A stretch of 59,732 bases of DNA, counting the filler, from Stramenopiles sp. TOSAG23-3 (Eukaryota), in assembly GCA_900128585.1 (NCBI GenBank). It is 12 parts of 12 records of this genome, joined end to end, with 100 filler letters (N's around TTAATTAATTAA, not from the genome) between each part and the next. Parts side by side here need not be neighbours in the genome. Positions count along the whole stretch, not along the records: positions 20,032 to 24,927 come from LT643675.1; positions 25,028 to 29,921 come from LT643676.1; positions 30,022 to 34,910 come from LT643677.1; 9 more parts are not named here. One strand, written 5' to 3'. The notes beneath the pieces are model-generated. The model saw only the letters and a program-made list of their open reading frames with translations. It searched no databases and had not been told where the DNA came from. Numbering within the stretch: the first letter of the stretch is position 1; each line of letters starts with the position of its first letter. Shown here piece after piece: positions 20,530-30,686 of the stretch. The translations under genes were made by a program, and so were the position numbers.

Positions 20530-22092
20530 ATGATGGCCGAGGAGGACCCTGGGTGCCAACGTTGTAAGGAGAAGTTGGCACTCCTGCGGGGTGAAGTGAC
20601 CAGTAAGAACCTAGAGTTGCTGGAAGCCAGGAACGTTGCCATGTCCTCTGTTGCGCAGCTTAGAACTAGAATAGCAAAACAGAATGCATCTATAGCAATT
20701 GCAAACTCTACGATACGAAAGTTCAAAGCGTCTCAGGTTGAAAATAAAGACAACACGGCAGCCGCGACCTCGGGTCCAAAGACCCTGGTGCCAGAAAATG
20801 TCATGGCACTCCGGCTTCGCCGCCGTGTGAAAGCTGCTATTGTTGAAATTAGAACGTTAAAAAAGGACCTTGCAGTGCACAAATCAGTTGCAAAAAAGAA
20901 CCACGACATGAATGTGCAATATAAAGAACAACTTGCACGCGCGCGTGCAAGGGTCGACGAGCTGGAGGAAAAAGCGGTCGCATCGGAAAGGACAAACAAC
21001 CACGTTGCCCGGCAAATGTTGCTGAAGGTTGACAACGTGGAGATTGAGTCCAAGCGCTTGAAACAATTGGTTGTAAAACGGGGTTCGGATGTTGTGCAAA
21101 TGGAAGATCGACTGGGACAAACGTTACGACTGCTAAAAGAGCAGCAAGAGAAGTACAAGGTCGCACTTGAAAAAATTCACGAGCTACAAAAGTCAAGGGA
21201 AACCGTTACTAGTTTAAAGAAAGACCTCGAGTCTTCAAACAGCCAACTTATGCAGTACAAACTGAAGTCTGAGCACCAAAAGCGAAGAATCATGCGAGCT
21301 ATAGAGCTGCAGAAGAGTTCGTTCAGTCGCCTCACGACACTGCAGCAAGAGGAAATTAGAGCCCAAAACCTTGCAGAGTCCTTGCGTGCCTCTGAGGGAA
21401 TTATAGAAGGTTTGGAAAAAAATACCAACTCTTTGGAGAATGAGCTCCAGCTAAAAGATGCGGAGGCGTGCACGGCAATTATTCGGTTGAAACAGGTGGA
21501 AAAAGAGCTTGAGTTTAAAAATAGTCAGTTGTTCGAACAGCAAAGAAAATCAGAGGATTATTTCTCACAGATTGAAGCGCTGCAAAACGAGTTGTCGAAT
21601 GCCATGGGGAACAATAACCTGTCGCGTACGATTCGTGAATCTCCAAAAGGCGCTTCTGATGGAAATACTTACCAAGTTCATAGAATTTCAAGTTTAGAAA
21701 AACAGTTAATGCAACTGTCGTCAAAAGTAAAGCGTTTCCGTACAAAATGCGAGGCTCTGACAATTGATAACCGAAAGCTGGTAGAATACCAAAAACACCC
21801 GCAAGCAAATCAAACGGAAACAGCTTTTATGAAAATTCTAGACAGAGAAAATTTGTCATCTGAGCTGAAACACACAGTAACATTGCTAGCGAATGTTAAA
21901 GATTTTTTTTCCAAAGCACTTTCTGAGTTGCCGTTTAACCTTCAAAATACGTCAAATGAGAGAATAGACAAAACCAGTCCCGAAGGCTTGGTGTTAATGC
22001 TGTCCGAACTAAACAGGGCGGTGAAACATTTATTTGAACAAGTTGTCCACCTTTATGCTTCTCGGACGGATTCGATATGCACGACGCAGTAA
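20530..22092 (+). CDS. Long coiled-coil protein with C-terminal CaaX (CTTQ), possibly CEP85-like
   Basis: Heptad-rich 520-aa ORF ending VHLYASRTDSICTTQ. Confidence 0.7.
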   Translation: MMAEEDPGCQRCKEKLALLRGEVTSKNLELLEARNVAMSSVAQLRTRIAKQNASIAIANSTIRKFKASQVENKDNTAAATSGPKTLVPENVMALRLRRRVKAAIVEIRTLKKDLAVHKSVAKKNHDMNVQYKEQLARARARVDELEEKAVASERTNNHVARQMLLKVDNVEIESKRLKQLVVKRGSDVVQMEDRLGQTLRLLKEQQEKYKVALEKIHELQKSRETVTSLKKDLESSNSQLMQYKLKSEHQKRRIMRAIELQKSSFSRLTTLQQEEIRAQNLAESLRASEGIIEGLEKNTNSLENELQLKDAEACTAIIRLKQVEKELEFKNSQLFEQQRKSEDYFSQIEALQNELSNAMGNNNLSRTIRESPKGASDGNTYQVHRISSLEKQLMQLSSKVKRFRTKCEALTIDNRKLVEYQKHPQANQTETAFMKILDRENLSSELKHTVTLLANVKDFFSKALSELPFNLQNTSNERIDKTSPEGLVLMLSELNRAVKHLFEQVVHLYASRTDSICTTQ

Positions 22093-22743
22093 CTACGGGT
22101 ATTGGTTCCCAGTTGTACCGGCACCGGCACAGGTAGGTACAGGTACCGAACCGAAGAAAGTCACCAGGAACAGGAATGATTACTAAACAAAAAAATCCCG
22201 TACCATACCCGTTCCATTCTATTATTCCAATTACAACTACCATGGTATTAATTCGGCTGAGACGTCCCGAGTCCCCGAGCACGAAATGTTTTTTTTTATC
22301 CCTCCCTCTGTCAATGTTACAACACCACACCGGCAGCGGCGGAGATGATTTATTTATAATAATAATAATAATATTTAAAAAAAAAGTATAATAATAATTT
22401 ATGTAGAAGAAGAAGAATACACACCAACCCGCTCTCTCTCCTCCTCTTCTGTCTCTGTCGGTCGTGGTGTAGATAGAGACGCGAATAATAATAATAATAA
22501 TTTTATTATTATATTCTTCTTCTTTTTTGCGGTCTTCTCTCTCGTGTCTGTGTAGTAAAATAAAAATTTGTCACCACCACCACCCATTTTTAAATAGTTT
22601 TCCCCTACCCCTAGTTTCATCCGTTTGTTTTACTTTCGGAGGCAATATATCAGACGAATGTTAAAGCAAAAGGTACGTTACAGTAATCTTACCAAGGCCT
22701 ATACGGGACAGTCCTCTGAAGCGTTTAAATTGCAACACCGAGC

Positions 22744-24336
22744 ATGCTAAAATTCGCGTCGCCTTTGTTGCGCTCCAGGGCCAAAGACATTTTAAAAGTC
22801 AGTCTAACACGTGCCAATCTCTCGACATCCAGGAATTGTTATCCAAATTTTAACGTCTCTTCGACAGTACAGGATTTCCGCTCAACTTGGTCCCATCTTC
22901 CTGCGGGTACAAGGAAAAACGATAGCGAGGGCGACATAGTATTTTTAGCAGGACGGGTGGTAGCGAAACGGGAAGCGAGCAAATCTCTCTCTTTCATAGA
23001 TATCAGCGACGGCAATGTTCATGGTCTGCGCAAAAATTGTCGATTACAAGTAATGGCGCAGAAACAAACACTTGAAGACAGTTCCGCGTTACCACAAGAA
23101 ATAAGCCGCGGTGATATTATTGGCATCAGAGGATTTCCAGGGAAGTCCCAAAACGGCGAGTTGAGTATTTTTTCGCAGGAACTCACTGTTCTAGCTCCTT
23201 GTGACCGCCCCATGCCTGACACAGCAAAAAACACCCTTAAGGACCACGACATCCGGTTTCGAAAGCGTTACTTAGATATAATGACAAACGAGCGCTCACG
23301 CAAAATTTTAATCGTCAGAAGTAATATCATATCTTTTCTTCGTAGATACTTGGAGGACAGGGGGTTTCTGGAGGTAGAAACCCCAACATTGTCCGTAGCT
23401 GCGGGTGGTGCGAATGCAAGAGCATTTCAAACAAAATCAGTTGCCTTTGGTAAAGATACCGACCTGTATTTGCGGATCGCCCCCGAGCTATACTTAAAAA
23501 AACTTATTATTGCGGGGCTTGATAGGGTCTTCGAGGTCGGAAAAGTGTTCCGAAATGAGGGTGTAGATTCAAACCACAACCCAGAGTTCACAACTTGTGA
23601 ATTCTACATGGCCTACACAGACTACAAGTATTTGATGTCGTTTACCGAAGAGCTAATACGAAGCCTGGTGTATGCCATCAACGGGAGCTACAAAGTAAAT
23701 GTTGCGAAATTCAAAAATGATGGCTCTGTTGACGCAGAAGCGTTGGAAATTGATTTTGAACTGCCTTTCGAGCGGATCAGTGTCATCGAAGGAATTGAGA
23801 AGTTTACTAATGTTGCAATACCCAGACCCCTTGATTCTGAACCAACGAGGGAGTGCCTAAGCGATTTAATTGATCAACATGGGATTGCCCTCTCTCACCC
23901 AAGAACAACGGCGAGGATGCTGGACAAACTTATTGCTATTTCTATAGAAGAACACATTACGGATCGCCCTACCTTTATTGTTGATCATCCTCTTGTCATG
24001 AGTCCGTTGGCAAAACCCCACGCCGAATCGGCCGATTTAACTGAAAGATTTGAGCTCTTCGTCAACCAGCACGAGCTGTGCAATGCTTACTCGGAATTAA
24101 GCAATTACGAAGACCAAATCTCAAGATTCGCAAAGCAGGCCGAAGCAAAGGAGGCGGGGGATGCAGAGGCGCACACAAATGATTTAGATTTTTGTGAAGC
24201 GTTGGCTCATGGGTTACCTCCTACATCCGGGTGGGGTATAGGGATTGATAGACTCGTTATGCTTCTGACAAATGTGACCCATATTCGTGAAGTTATATCG
24301 TTTCCAACTGTCCGCCCTCCCTCTTCTGAGCTATGA
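22744..24336 (+). CDS. KARS: Class II lysyl-tRNA synthetase, probably mitochondrial
   Basis: OB-fold, FLEVETP, YLRIAPELYLK, FRNEG.D..HNPEFT, ERFELF, ELCNAYSEL and GLPPTSGWGIGIDRL. The N-terminus is Arg/Ser-rich and transit-peptide-like. Confidence 0.96.
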   Translation: MLKFASPLLRSRAKDILKVSLTRANLSTSRNCYPNFNVSSTVQDFRSTWSHLPAGTRKNDSEGDIVFLAGRVVAKREASKSLSFIDISDGNVHGLRKNCRLQVMAQKQTLEDSSALPQEISRGDIIGIRGFPGKSQNGELSIFSQELTVLAPCDRPMPDTAKNTLKDHDIRFRKRYLDIMTNERSRKILIVRSNIISFLRRYLEDRGFLEVETPTLSVAAGGANARAFQTKSVAFGKDTDLYLRIAPELYLKKLIIAGLDRVFEVGKVFRNEGVDSNHNPEFTTCEFYMAYTDYKYLMSFTEELIRSLVYAINGSYKVNVAKFKNDGSVDAEALEIDFELPFERISVIEGIEKFTNVAIPRPLDSEPTRECLSDLIDQHGIALSHPRTTARMLDKLIAISIEEHITDRPTFIVDHPLVMSPLAKPHAESADLTERFELFVNQHELCNAYSELSNYEDQISRFAKQAEAKEAGDAEAHTNDLDFCEALAHGLPPTSGWGIGIDRLVMLLTNVTHIREVISFPTVRPPSSEL

Positions 24337-24660
24337 TAGACAAACGGCTCATCATATTTTCATTTGATTGGTAAACCACTCAGCATTACTCACATAAACA
24401 TTAAAAACAAAAACATACTTTAGTAGTACCATACAGATTAACTTTTAAAGACCCCAAACAACAGCCATTATTTTGTTACAAAAACAGTGTATCTTGCGCT
24501 TTTTTTAATACTCTCTCTTCTTTAAATGCTCTTATAAACTGGATATAAATGAAATTTAGAGTTCAGTTCGCAGTACATTAATTTTAATTACCTAAATACA
24601 GCCAATTTTCTTGTTTTTATAAATGATTTGTTTGGAACTGACATCGTAATTGATATAAAA

Positions 24661-24828
24661 TGAGAGTCTTAAAGCATACTATATATTAATTTAAAAAAAA
24701 ATAGATATCATCTGTTTTTATTAAATATCATTAGGGTATGAGGAAGCTAAATTTAATTATGATACGTAAATAACAGCCAATTTTCTTGTTATAAAAAACA
24801 AATTATATAGTATGTTTTAAGACTCTCA
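24661..24828. mobile_element. Candidate MITE-like unit: 24-bp inverted arms (1 mismatch) from the dispersed repeat family
   Basis: TGAGAGTCTTAAAGCATACTATAT (24661-24684) versus ATATAGTATGTTTTAAGACTCTCA (24805-24828). No clear target-site duplication. Confidence 0.45.
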
Positions 24829-25027
24829 AAAAAGAAAAGAAAAAAGAAAAGGTAAAACCGTTCAAGAACCCAAACTCCTCCTTGTTCCAGAATAAAACTT
24901 CTGGTATTCATCATTCAAACTATCATANNNNNNNNNNNNNNNNNNNNNNNNNNNNNNNNNNNNNNNNNNNNTTAATTAATTAANNNNNNNNNNNNNNNNN
25001 NNNNNNNNNNNNNNNNNNNNNNNNNNN

Positions 25028-25146
25028 TTGCGATCGAGATGACCGAGAGCAACGAGACGGCGGAGGCTGGCAATGCCGAACAGACTGGCGAAGAGGGACA
25101 GGCGGACGACGTGGAGGTGAAGGAGGAGGAAGAGCAACAAGAATAA
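25028..25146 (+). CDS. 3' end of an unidentified gene with an acidic tail (truncated by contig start)
   Basis: GC-rich frame ...EMTESNETAEAGNAEQTGEEGQADDVEVKEEEEQQE* followed by AT-rich DNA. Confidence 0.6.
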
Positions 25147-25835
25147 ATAAATAAAACAAAAGAAGAATACAAATTATTTTTTTGATTTTAGAAAATCCTA
25201 CTGCACTCAAAAGTATTACTTAGACTATCCTCGTACTCTCCTCTATTTAAATTATTTATGATACAATAAATGTTCTATTCTATAATATATATTTTTTTAA
25301 ATTAATTATATAGACGAAGACTTTATATAACTATGATAACTATTATTTATATAGACAATTGAATTAGTTGTCTAGAACGACTATATATCTCATAGTCTAT
25401 AGACGACTTAAATAGCTAACTAATTGGTTTTTTGTTTTGTTGCAACAACCTCTTCTACTTTCTCTCCTTCTTCTATCTAGCAGCTATTACTATATAGCTA
25501 GAGATTTATAATATAATTACCATACTAAACTAATACTATGTTACCTGATAATAATACAATTGAAAATCATTATCATCTAATATAATATAAATAATAATGA
25601 CAAAAAATATAATAATAATAAATTAATAATAAAACAACACTAAGCTTATATATATATAATAATACAACAACAAACAAACAGGCAGCAGAAAAAAAGAAGA
25701 GAGACGAAATAATCATCTACACTCTCGCGTTCACCGTCGTTCGCCGTTCACCCTCCCACCCGCCGCCCCGAAAAACAAAGAAAAGGGTCCACCCTCCCCC
25801 CCCACACACACATACACCACCACCCCAACTCAACC

Positions 25836-27311
25836 ATGGGGTGGCCCGTCTGCGCCGTTCGCCTGGCCGTGTTTATTGCCGCCTTTGTTCTCTACTTTGC
25901 CTTTCTGCACGCCGTGTTTCCAAGCACCCGGACGGTGCACCCGTCCGTCGCCGCCCTGGCGGCTTTGAAAAAACCGTACCCACGTTCCCTGAGCCCACGG
26001 GGGCACCTTGCGTCGACGCCCCAGGCCAACCGCGCTGTCGCTACCGTTCTGTGGTCGGACAATTTTGTGCTCCCCGCGCTGGTCCTCTTTCGGTCGTTGA
26101 GAATGTTCGGGACGAAGCTGGACCTGGTCGTGCTGGCCCCGGAGAATGCGCTGGGCGCCGAGTCGTTTGCAGCGTTTCGCCCGCTGGGCGTTCACGTCCA
26201 CCGGATCCCGGCCTCCCCGGCCCCCATTCCAAAGCACTGGTCCGCCCAGTTCTACAAGCTTTACGCGTTTCGGCTGACCATGTACGAGCGCGTCCTGCTG
26301 GTGGACGCGGACACGCTGGCAACGACCAACGTGGACGACGTGTTCGAGCAGTGCGGCGACGCCGACGTCTGCGCGTCGAAGAACCCGGGGCGGCTGCCGA
26401 CCAGTCGAATGCAGGCAACGATCGGGGTGGAAAAGTACGCGAACGGGGGGATGTTTGTGCTCACGCCAAGCGTGGGGATGTTCGACGATATGTACCGGCT
26501 CGTGGAGGAGTCGGGGACGTGCTGCAAGTGGGCGTTCGAGCAAGATTTTTTCAATTGGTACTTTTGGGGAAAGCGTGGAATGTTTGAGGGAAGGACGGTT
26601 CGGTTGCTCCCGTGGGGCCACTACAACACGTACCCTGCGACCCACCTGGTGCATTTTATCCGTGGAAAGCCGTGGCACTGGTGGGCGTACCCTGTCCCGT
26701 TCCCGTTCGCCCCCACCGGGCACGTCTGGGGCGCCGTCAGCAGCCTCCAGTGGGCCTACGTTCGTGGAACCCTTCCCGCGGGGGCCCTCGGCGGGTTCGG
26801 AAACCTTGGGTTTCTGGCCCACGCGCTGTTCCCCGTGCTTGTGGTCTGGGGGTCGACGACGGGGACGCGGCCCGGGAAGCGGGGGCACCGCAGGGTCCCG
26901 GTCGGCGCGGCCTCGGCGGGGCTCTTGGCGCTCTGGGCGCTTATTTTTGCGTGCGGGGGCCGGGGGTGCGACATGGAGTGGGTCCCAGGCTCCATGCCCC
27001 CGCAGCTTGCGTGGGCGCTCGTGGCCAGCCTGTCGGCTAGCGTGGTGGTGGTGGTAGTGGCGGCGGGGCGGAACGGTCGTTCGGCATGGTGGATGTTTGG
27101 GGAGCTCGTCGTGGTCTTTTTGGGAAGCGTTGGTGGAGTTGCCGTGCTTCGTTTCTTGTCGTACGCCCCGGCGTCTTCCGGGGGCAAGGCCTGGACCGTC
27201 GCGGCCCTGGCGCATCTGTACGTGGTAGAACGAATCGTCCAACGACACGGGGGGGGGTGCAGGGGTGAGGGGAGGGGCAGGGGGGCAGGGCTTCTCCCAA
27301 AGCACGCTTGA
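25836..27311 (+). CDS. GT8 glycosyltransferase with C-terminal TM helices (PGSIP6/IPUT1- or PGSIP7/8-like)
   Basis: YKLYAFRLTMYERVLLVDAD (DxD), NGGMFVLTPS, EQDFFNWYF and HFIRGKPWHWW, plus an N-terminal anchor and several C-terminal hydrophobic segments. Confidence 0.88.
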   Translation: MGWPVCAVRLAVFIAAFVLYFAFLHAVFPSTRTVHPSVAALAALKKPYPRSLSPRGHLASTPQANRAVATVLWSDNFVLPALVLFRSLRMFGTKLDLVVLAPENALGAESFAAFRPLGVHVHRIPASPAPIPKHWSAQFYKLYAFRLTMYERVLLVDADTLATTNVDDVFEQCGDADVCASKNPGRLPTSRMQATIGVEKYANGGMFVLTPSVGMFDDMYRLVEESGTCCKWAFEQDFFNWYFWGKRGMFEGRTVRLLPWGHYNTYPATHLVHFIRGKPWHWWAYPVPFPFAPTGHVWGAVSSLQWAYVRGTLPAGALGGFGNLGFLAHALFPVLVVWGSTTGTRPGKRGHRRVPVGAASAGLLALWALIFACGGRGCDMEWVPGSMPPQLAWALVASLSASVVVVVVAAGRNGRSAWWMFGELVVVFLGSVGGVAVLRFLSYAPASSGGKAWTVAALAHLYVVERIVQRHGGGCRGEGRGRGAGLLPKHA

Positions 27312-27439
27312 GGCGGGTTTGGTTTTAGTGTTTGCTCTTTGTACAAAAGCGAAACTTAATGTTGAGAGGGGAGAGGAGGAGGGGGTAAAATAGGAAAAAA
27401 ATAGAGATATACGTACACTGTTATTTATAAGTTTTAAAG

Positions 27440-28648
27440 TCAAAGGCTTATAAGAAAGCTATGGGGCTTGTTGTTGATGATCGGCGCCTCGCCAGAAACC
27501 AGTTTGACCAAATTATGCCCTCTCAATTTTACGTTTCCACGGTCATTCTCAAGCTGCACAGTAAAGATTAAGCCCAGTTTTCCCTCAGTTTCTTTTGACA
27601 CCACTTTACCAATGAGACCATTGTAACGGACGAACTTTTTCATCCCACAAATTTTTACAGTATCAGAGGTGCAAATATCGGGAAAGGGCCTGACCAACAG
27701 CTTGTTGGCGACCCGTACAACATTAGACGGTATTTTGTTTTTTTCCATCCCTGGAAAAACAAAAACCACATCTGTGTCTTGAATCGTCCAGACTATTGGA
27801 TGGAGTTTCCTCGCATTCTGGTACACTTCATTCTTGCCATCGTACCAAGCAGGAAAAAACTTAACGCTGGAGCTCAGCGCTTTCGCCGATCTGCTCTTCT
27901 CAGAGTAGGTTTCCCAGAAATGGATTTCCGCTGTTTTTCCAGAGCAACTTTCCAGTTTCCCAATCCTAAAGAAACGTTTCTTCTTGTCGTCCTCGGGCAA
28001 CGGCTTTATCACAATAAATGAGCCAAGCTTAGATTCTTTCAGGGTTGGCGGGGCGTACTCAAGCTCTTTCGACGACTTCTTGGCCACTGGGCCCGGCTTT
28101 TTCCTGCGTTTCCGCTTCCCTTCTGTGGCTTTCTTTTTCCGCTTGACGGTCACCTTTTTTCGACGTTGCTGCTGATCTGGTGCAAGTGTGCTCGCGAGCT
28201 TCTTGATGGACTGTCCGTTCTGCTTGACTGTCGTCATCCCATTCTCCCTCCTCTCCTCGTTTTCTGCGTAGTACCTGCAGCAGGCAGTGGCGAACTTGCT
28301 GAACGAGCCAAATTGGTACACACCGTGTTCTACAAGTTCGTACTTGGGACTGGTGGAAGCTTTCAAGTATTCCATTAGTCCACTGTCTACGTGCGCCTCC
28401 GTGTCTGCGTGCGCCTCCGTGTCTGCGTGCGCCATAACCAACCCACGACAAAGGATCATACCGTCCTGACGCAAGTCTCCAAAACAAATTACAGACGCTT
28501 TCCTATAGCGATACTGTAGCACATTTTCTCCACACAAAAGCTTGCCGACGGAGATCAGCAAAAGGGTTTTCTCTATCGGCTTATGTTTGGCGCCTTCGGA
28601 CAGGGTTTTGCGACGGGGCATATTGGCGGGGTGCTTGAACTTCGCCAT
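27440..28648 (-). CDS. Putative nuclear protein: RAMA-like domain, basic NLS, Tudor/chromo-like barrel and SH3-like barrel
   Basis: GENVLQYRY...FGDLRQDGMI...FGSFSKFA...NGMTTVKQNGQSI follows the MPND RAMA pattern. Also KRKRRKK; FRIGKL...EIHFW...FFPAW; and VKICGM...YNGLIGKV...NLV. Confidence 0.65.
   Translation of the reverse strand: MAKFKHPANMPRRKTLSEGAKHKPIEKTLLLISVGKLLCGENVLQYRYRKASVICFGDLRQDGMILCRGLVMAHADTEAHADTEAHVDSGLMEYLKASTSPKYELVEHGVYQFGSFSKFATACCRYYAENEERRENGMTTVKQNGQSIKKLASTLAPDQQQRRKKVTVKRKKKATEGKRKRRKKPGPVAKKSSKELEYAPPTLKESKLGSFIVIKPLPEDDKKKRFFRIGKLESCSGKTAEIHFWETYSEKSRSAKALSSSVKFFPAWYDGKNEVYQNARKLHPIVWTIQDTDVVFVFPGMEKNKIPSNVVRVANKLLVRPFPDICTSDTVKICGMKKFVRYNGLIGKVVSKETEGKLGLIFTVQLENDRGNVKLRGHNLVKLVSGEAPIINNKPHSFLISL
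28391..28432 (-). repeat. 18-bp in-frame tandem duplication (AHADTE x2 + AH)
   Basis: gtgcgcctccgtgtctgc is repeated. Confidence 0.85.
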
Positions 28649-29334
28649 AGAAAATAATATTTGCTTTTGGGTTGACTCGTTTTACGGTATTTACGTTTTG
28701 TTGCTTTTGAGAACTCAATATCTTTTAGTTGTTAGTTTAGTTAGTTATATGAATTATACGAACAAAAGATTTAAATGGTATAAATAAAATAAAAAGAGCC
28801 TCCTCTTCTTCTTCTCTTCTTCGTTTCTTTTATTATTATATATAATTAATACATAATAATTAGTCTATAATATATAATAATAATAAAATATGAGTGAGAT
28901 GATGATGACAATCTCATTATCTATACTATTTACCTGTAAGAATAATATATTATAATAATAATAATAAATAATAATAAAATATCCAAAAAAATCAATATAA
29001 ATTTTAAAAAATATAATAAAAAATAAAATAAAAACAACCTCTTCTTATCATAGGGTTAGTCGTCGTCTATAATCTATAATTTAGAGATTCTTTCTTCTCT
29101 TTATATAGTCAACCACCACGTTCATCAAGTACGGGGGGGGCTATTTATTAATAGTATGTTATTATATCTCCTTTTGTCCATTATTATTAAAATTTGTATG
29201 GTACAGTATTTCATTTTCTTTTCTTTAGTATTAGTACCGTGATAATAATACTAGACTATACAGTAGGAGGACTATTCAACATTTCTTTCTTCTTTTTCTT
29301 TTTTTCTTTTTTTTTAACTACTAACTCCTCTTTT

Positions 29335-29374
<40 letters not shown>

Positions 29375-30021
29375 TCGACTCTTTCTTTCTTTCTTTCTTT
29401 CTTTCTTTCGTCTGCCGTCTATTAAATTATTTTTTATTAAATAATTAAATATTTTTTCGTTCTTCTTCTTCTTCTTTCTTTCTTTCGTTCTTCTCCCAAC
29501 TAATAACTACAGTACCAGGTATTACTATACATATTACATTATAATCTAACTAACGAAGGAAGAAGCGCAACAAACAATAAAAATAAAAATAATAATAAAA
29601 TTATTAATAAAAATAATAAAAAAGAAAACGAGCAACTAAAATATATTTAAATACTAATCAACACACACACACACACTTTAACCATCATGAACAACAAAGA
29701 AAAGAGCAGGCATTGGTAGAATTGAGACCACTCGACTTTAGAACATTTTTGCCTTTCATTTGCATTAGAGTACATTTTACAACAGGTACTACCTATCAAC
29801 CAACCAACCAACCAGCATGCGAGTGGGGCTGGTTTGGTGGTGCGTGTACGCCTGGGCCGGGCTTCTGGGTGCCTTGGTCCTGTGCGACCCCGCGGCGGGG
29901 GCCCCCCCCCCCCCCCCCCCCNNNNNNNNNNNNNNNNNNNNNNNNNNNNNNNNNNNNNNNNNNNNTTAATTAATTAANNNNNNNNNNNNNNNNNNNNNNN
30001 NNNNNNNNNNNNNNNNNNNNN

Positions 30022-30023
30022 TT

Positions 30024-30095
<72 letters not shown>
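30022..30095 (+). repeat. (TTTC)n microsatellite
   Basis: Seen directly. Similar tracts at ~9807-9850 and ~29333-29409, and (GAAA)n/(AAAC)n at ~51402-51530. Confidence 0.95.
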
Positions 30096-30686
30096 TTTCT
30101 GCTGTCGTCCGCCTGATTATTTTTTAAATCTTGCTTCTTATAATATAGTTTAGTGATACAAGAAGAATATAAAAAACACTCAAAAAGAAGAAAGAGCAGA
30201 GGATGAAGAACCCAAAGAAGGAGAAAATAAAATCACTATTATGTATACAATTTAAATAGGTTCGTAGTAGTGTAATAAAAAAAGAACTCCCCTGTTGTTC
30301 CCTGTAGCTAATTATATAATGTAATCAGAACCCCCCCCCCCCCCCCTGTGTACTCTACACTGTATTGCTATTGACATTATAATATCAGACCACAGCACTC
30401 CAGCTCCTCCTCCTGGATATAATAATAGAGCGATGTTTTTATTTTAGAGTCAGAGAGTTAGAGAGTCACAGTCGTCCGTCAGCAAGCAGCACAACAACAA
30501 AAAAATAAATAAAATACTACACTATATCTTCTAAACAAAACATCTCTTGTTCCTATATTGTGTGTGGTATGTTGGTACAGTAAGGTATGTATGTACGTTC
30601 TTTTGTTCTCAGATAGTTTCATTCTGGTTTGTATATAAAAAAAAGGATTCTAACAAACGACCCCGTTTCTTTTTCACAGCCAAAGA

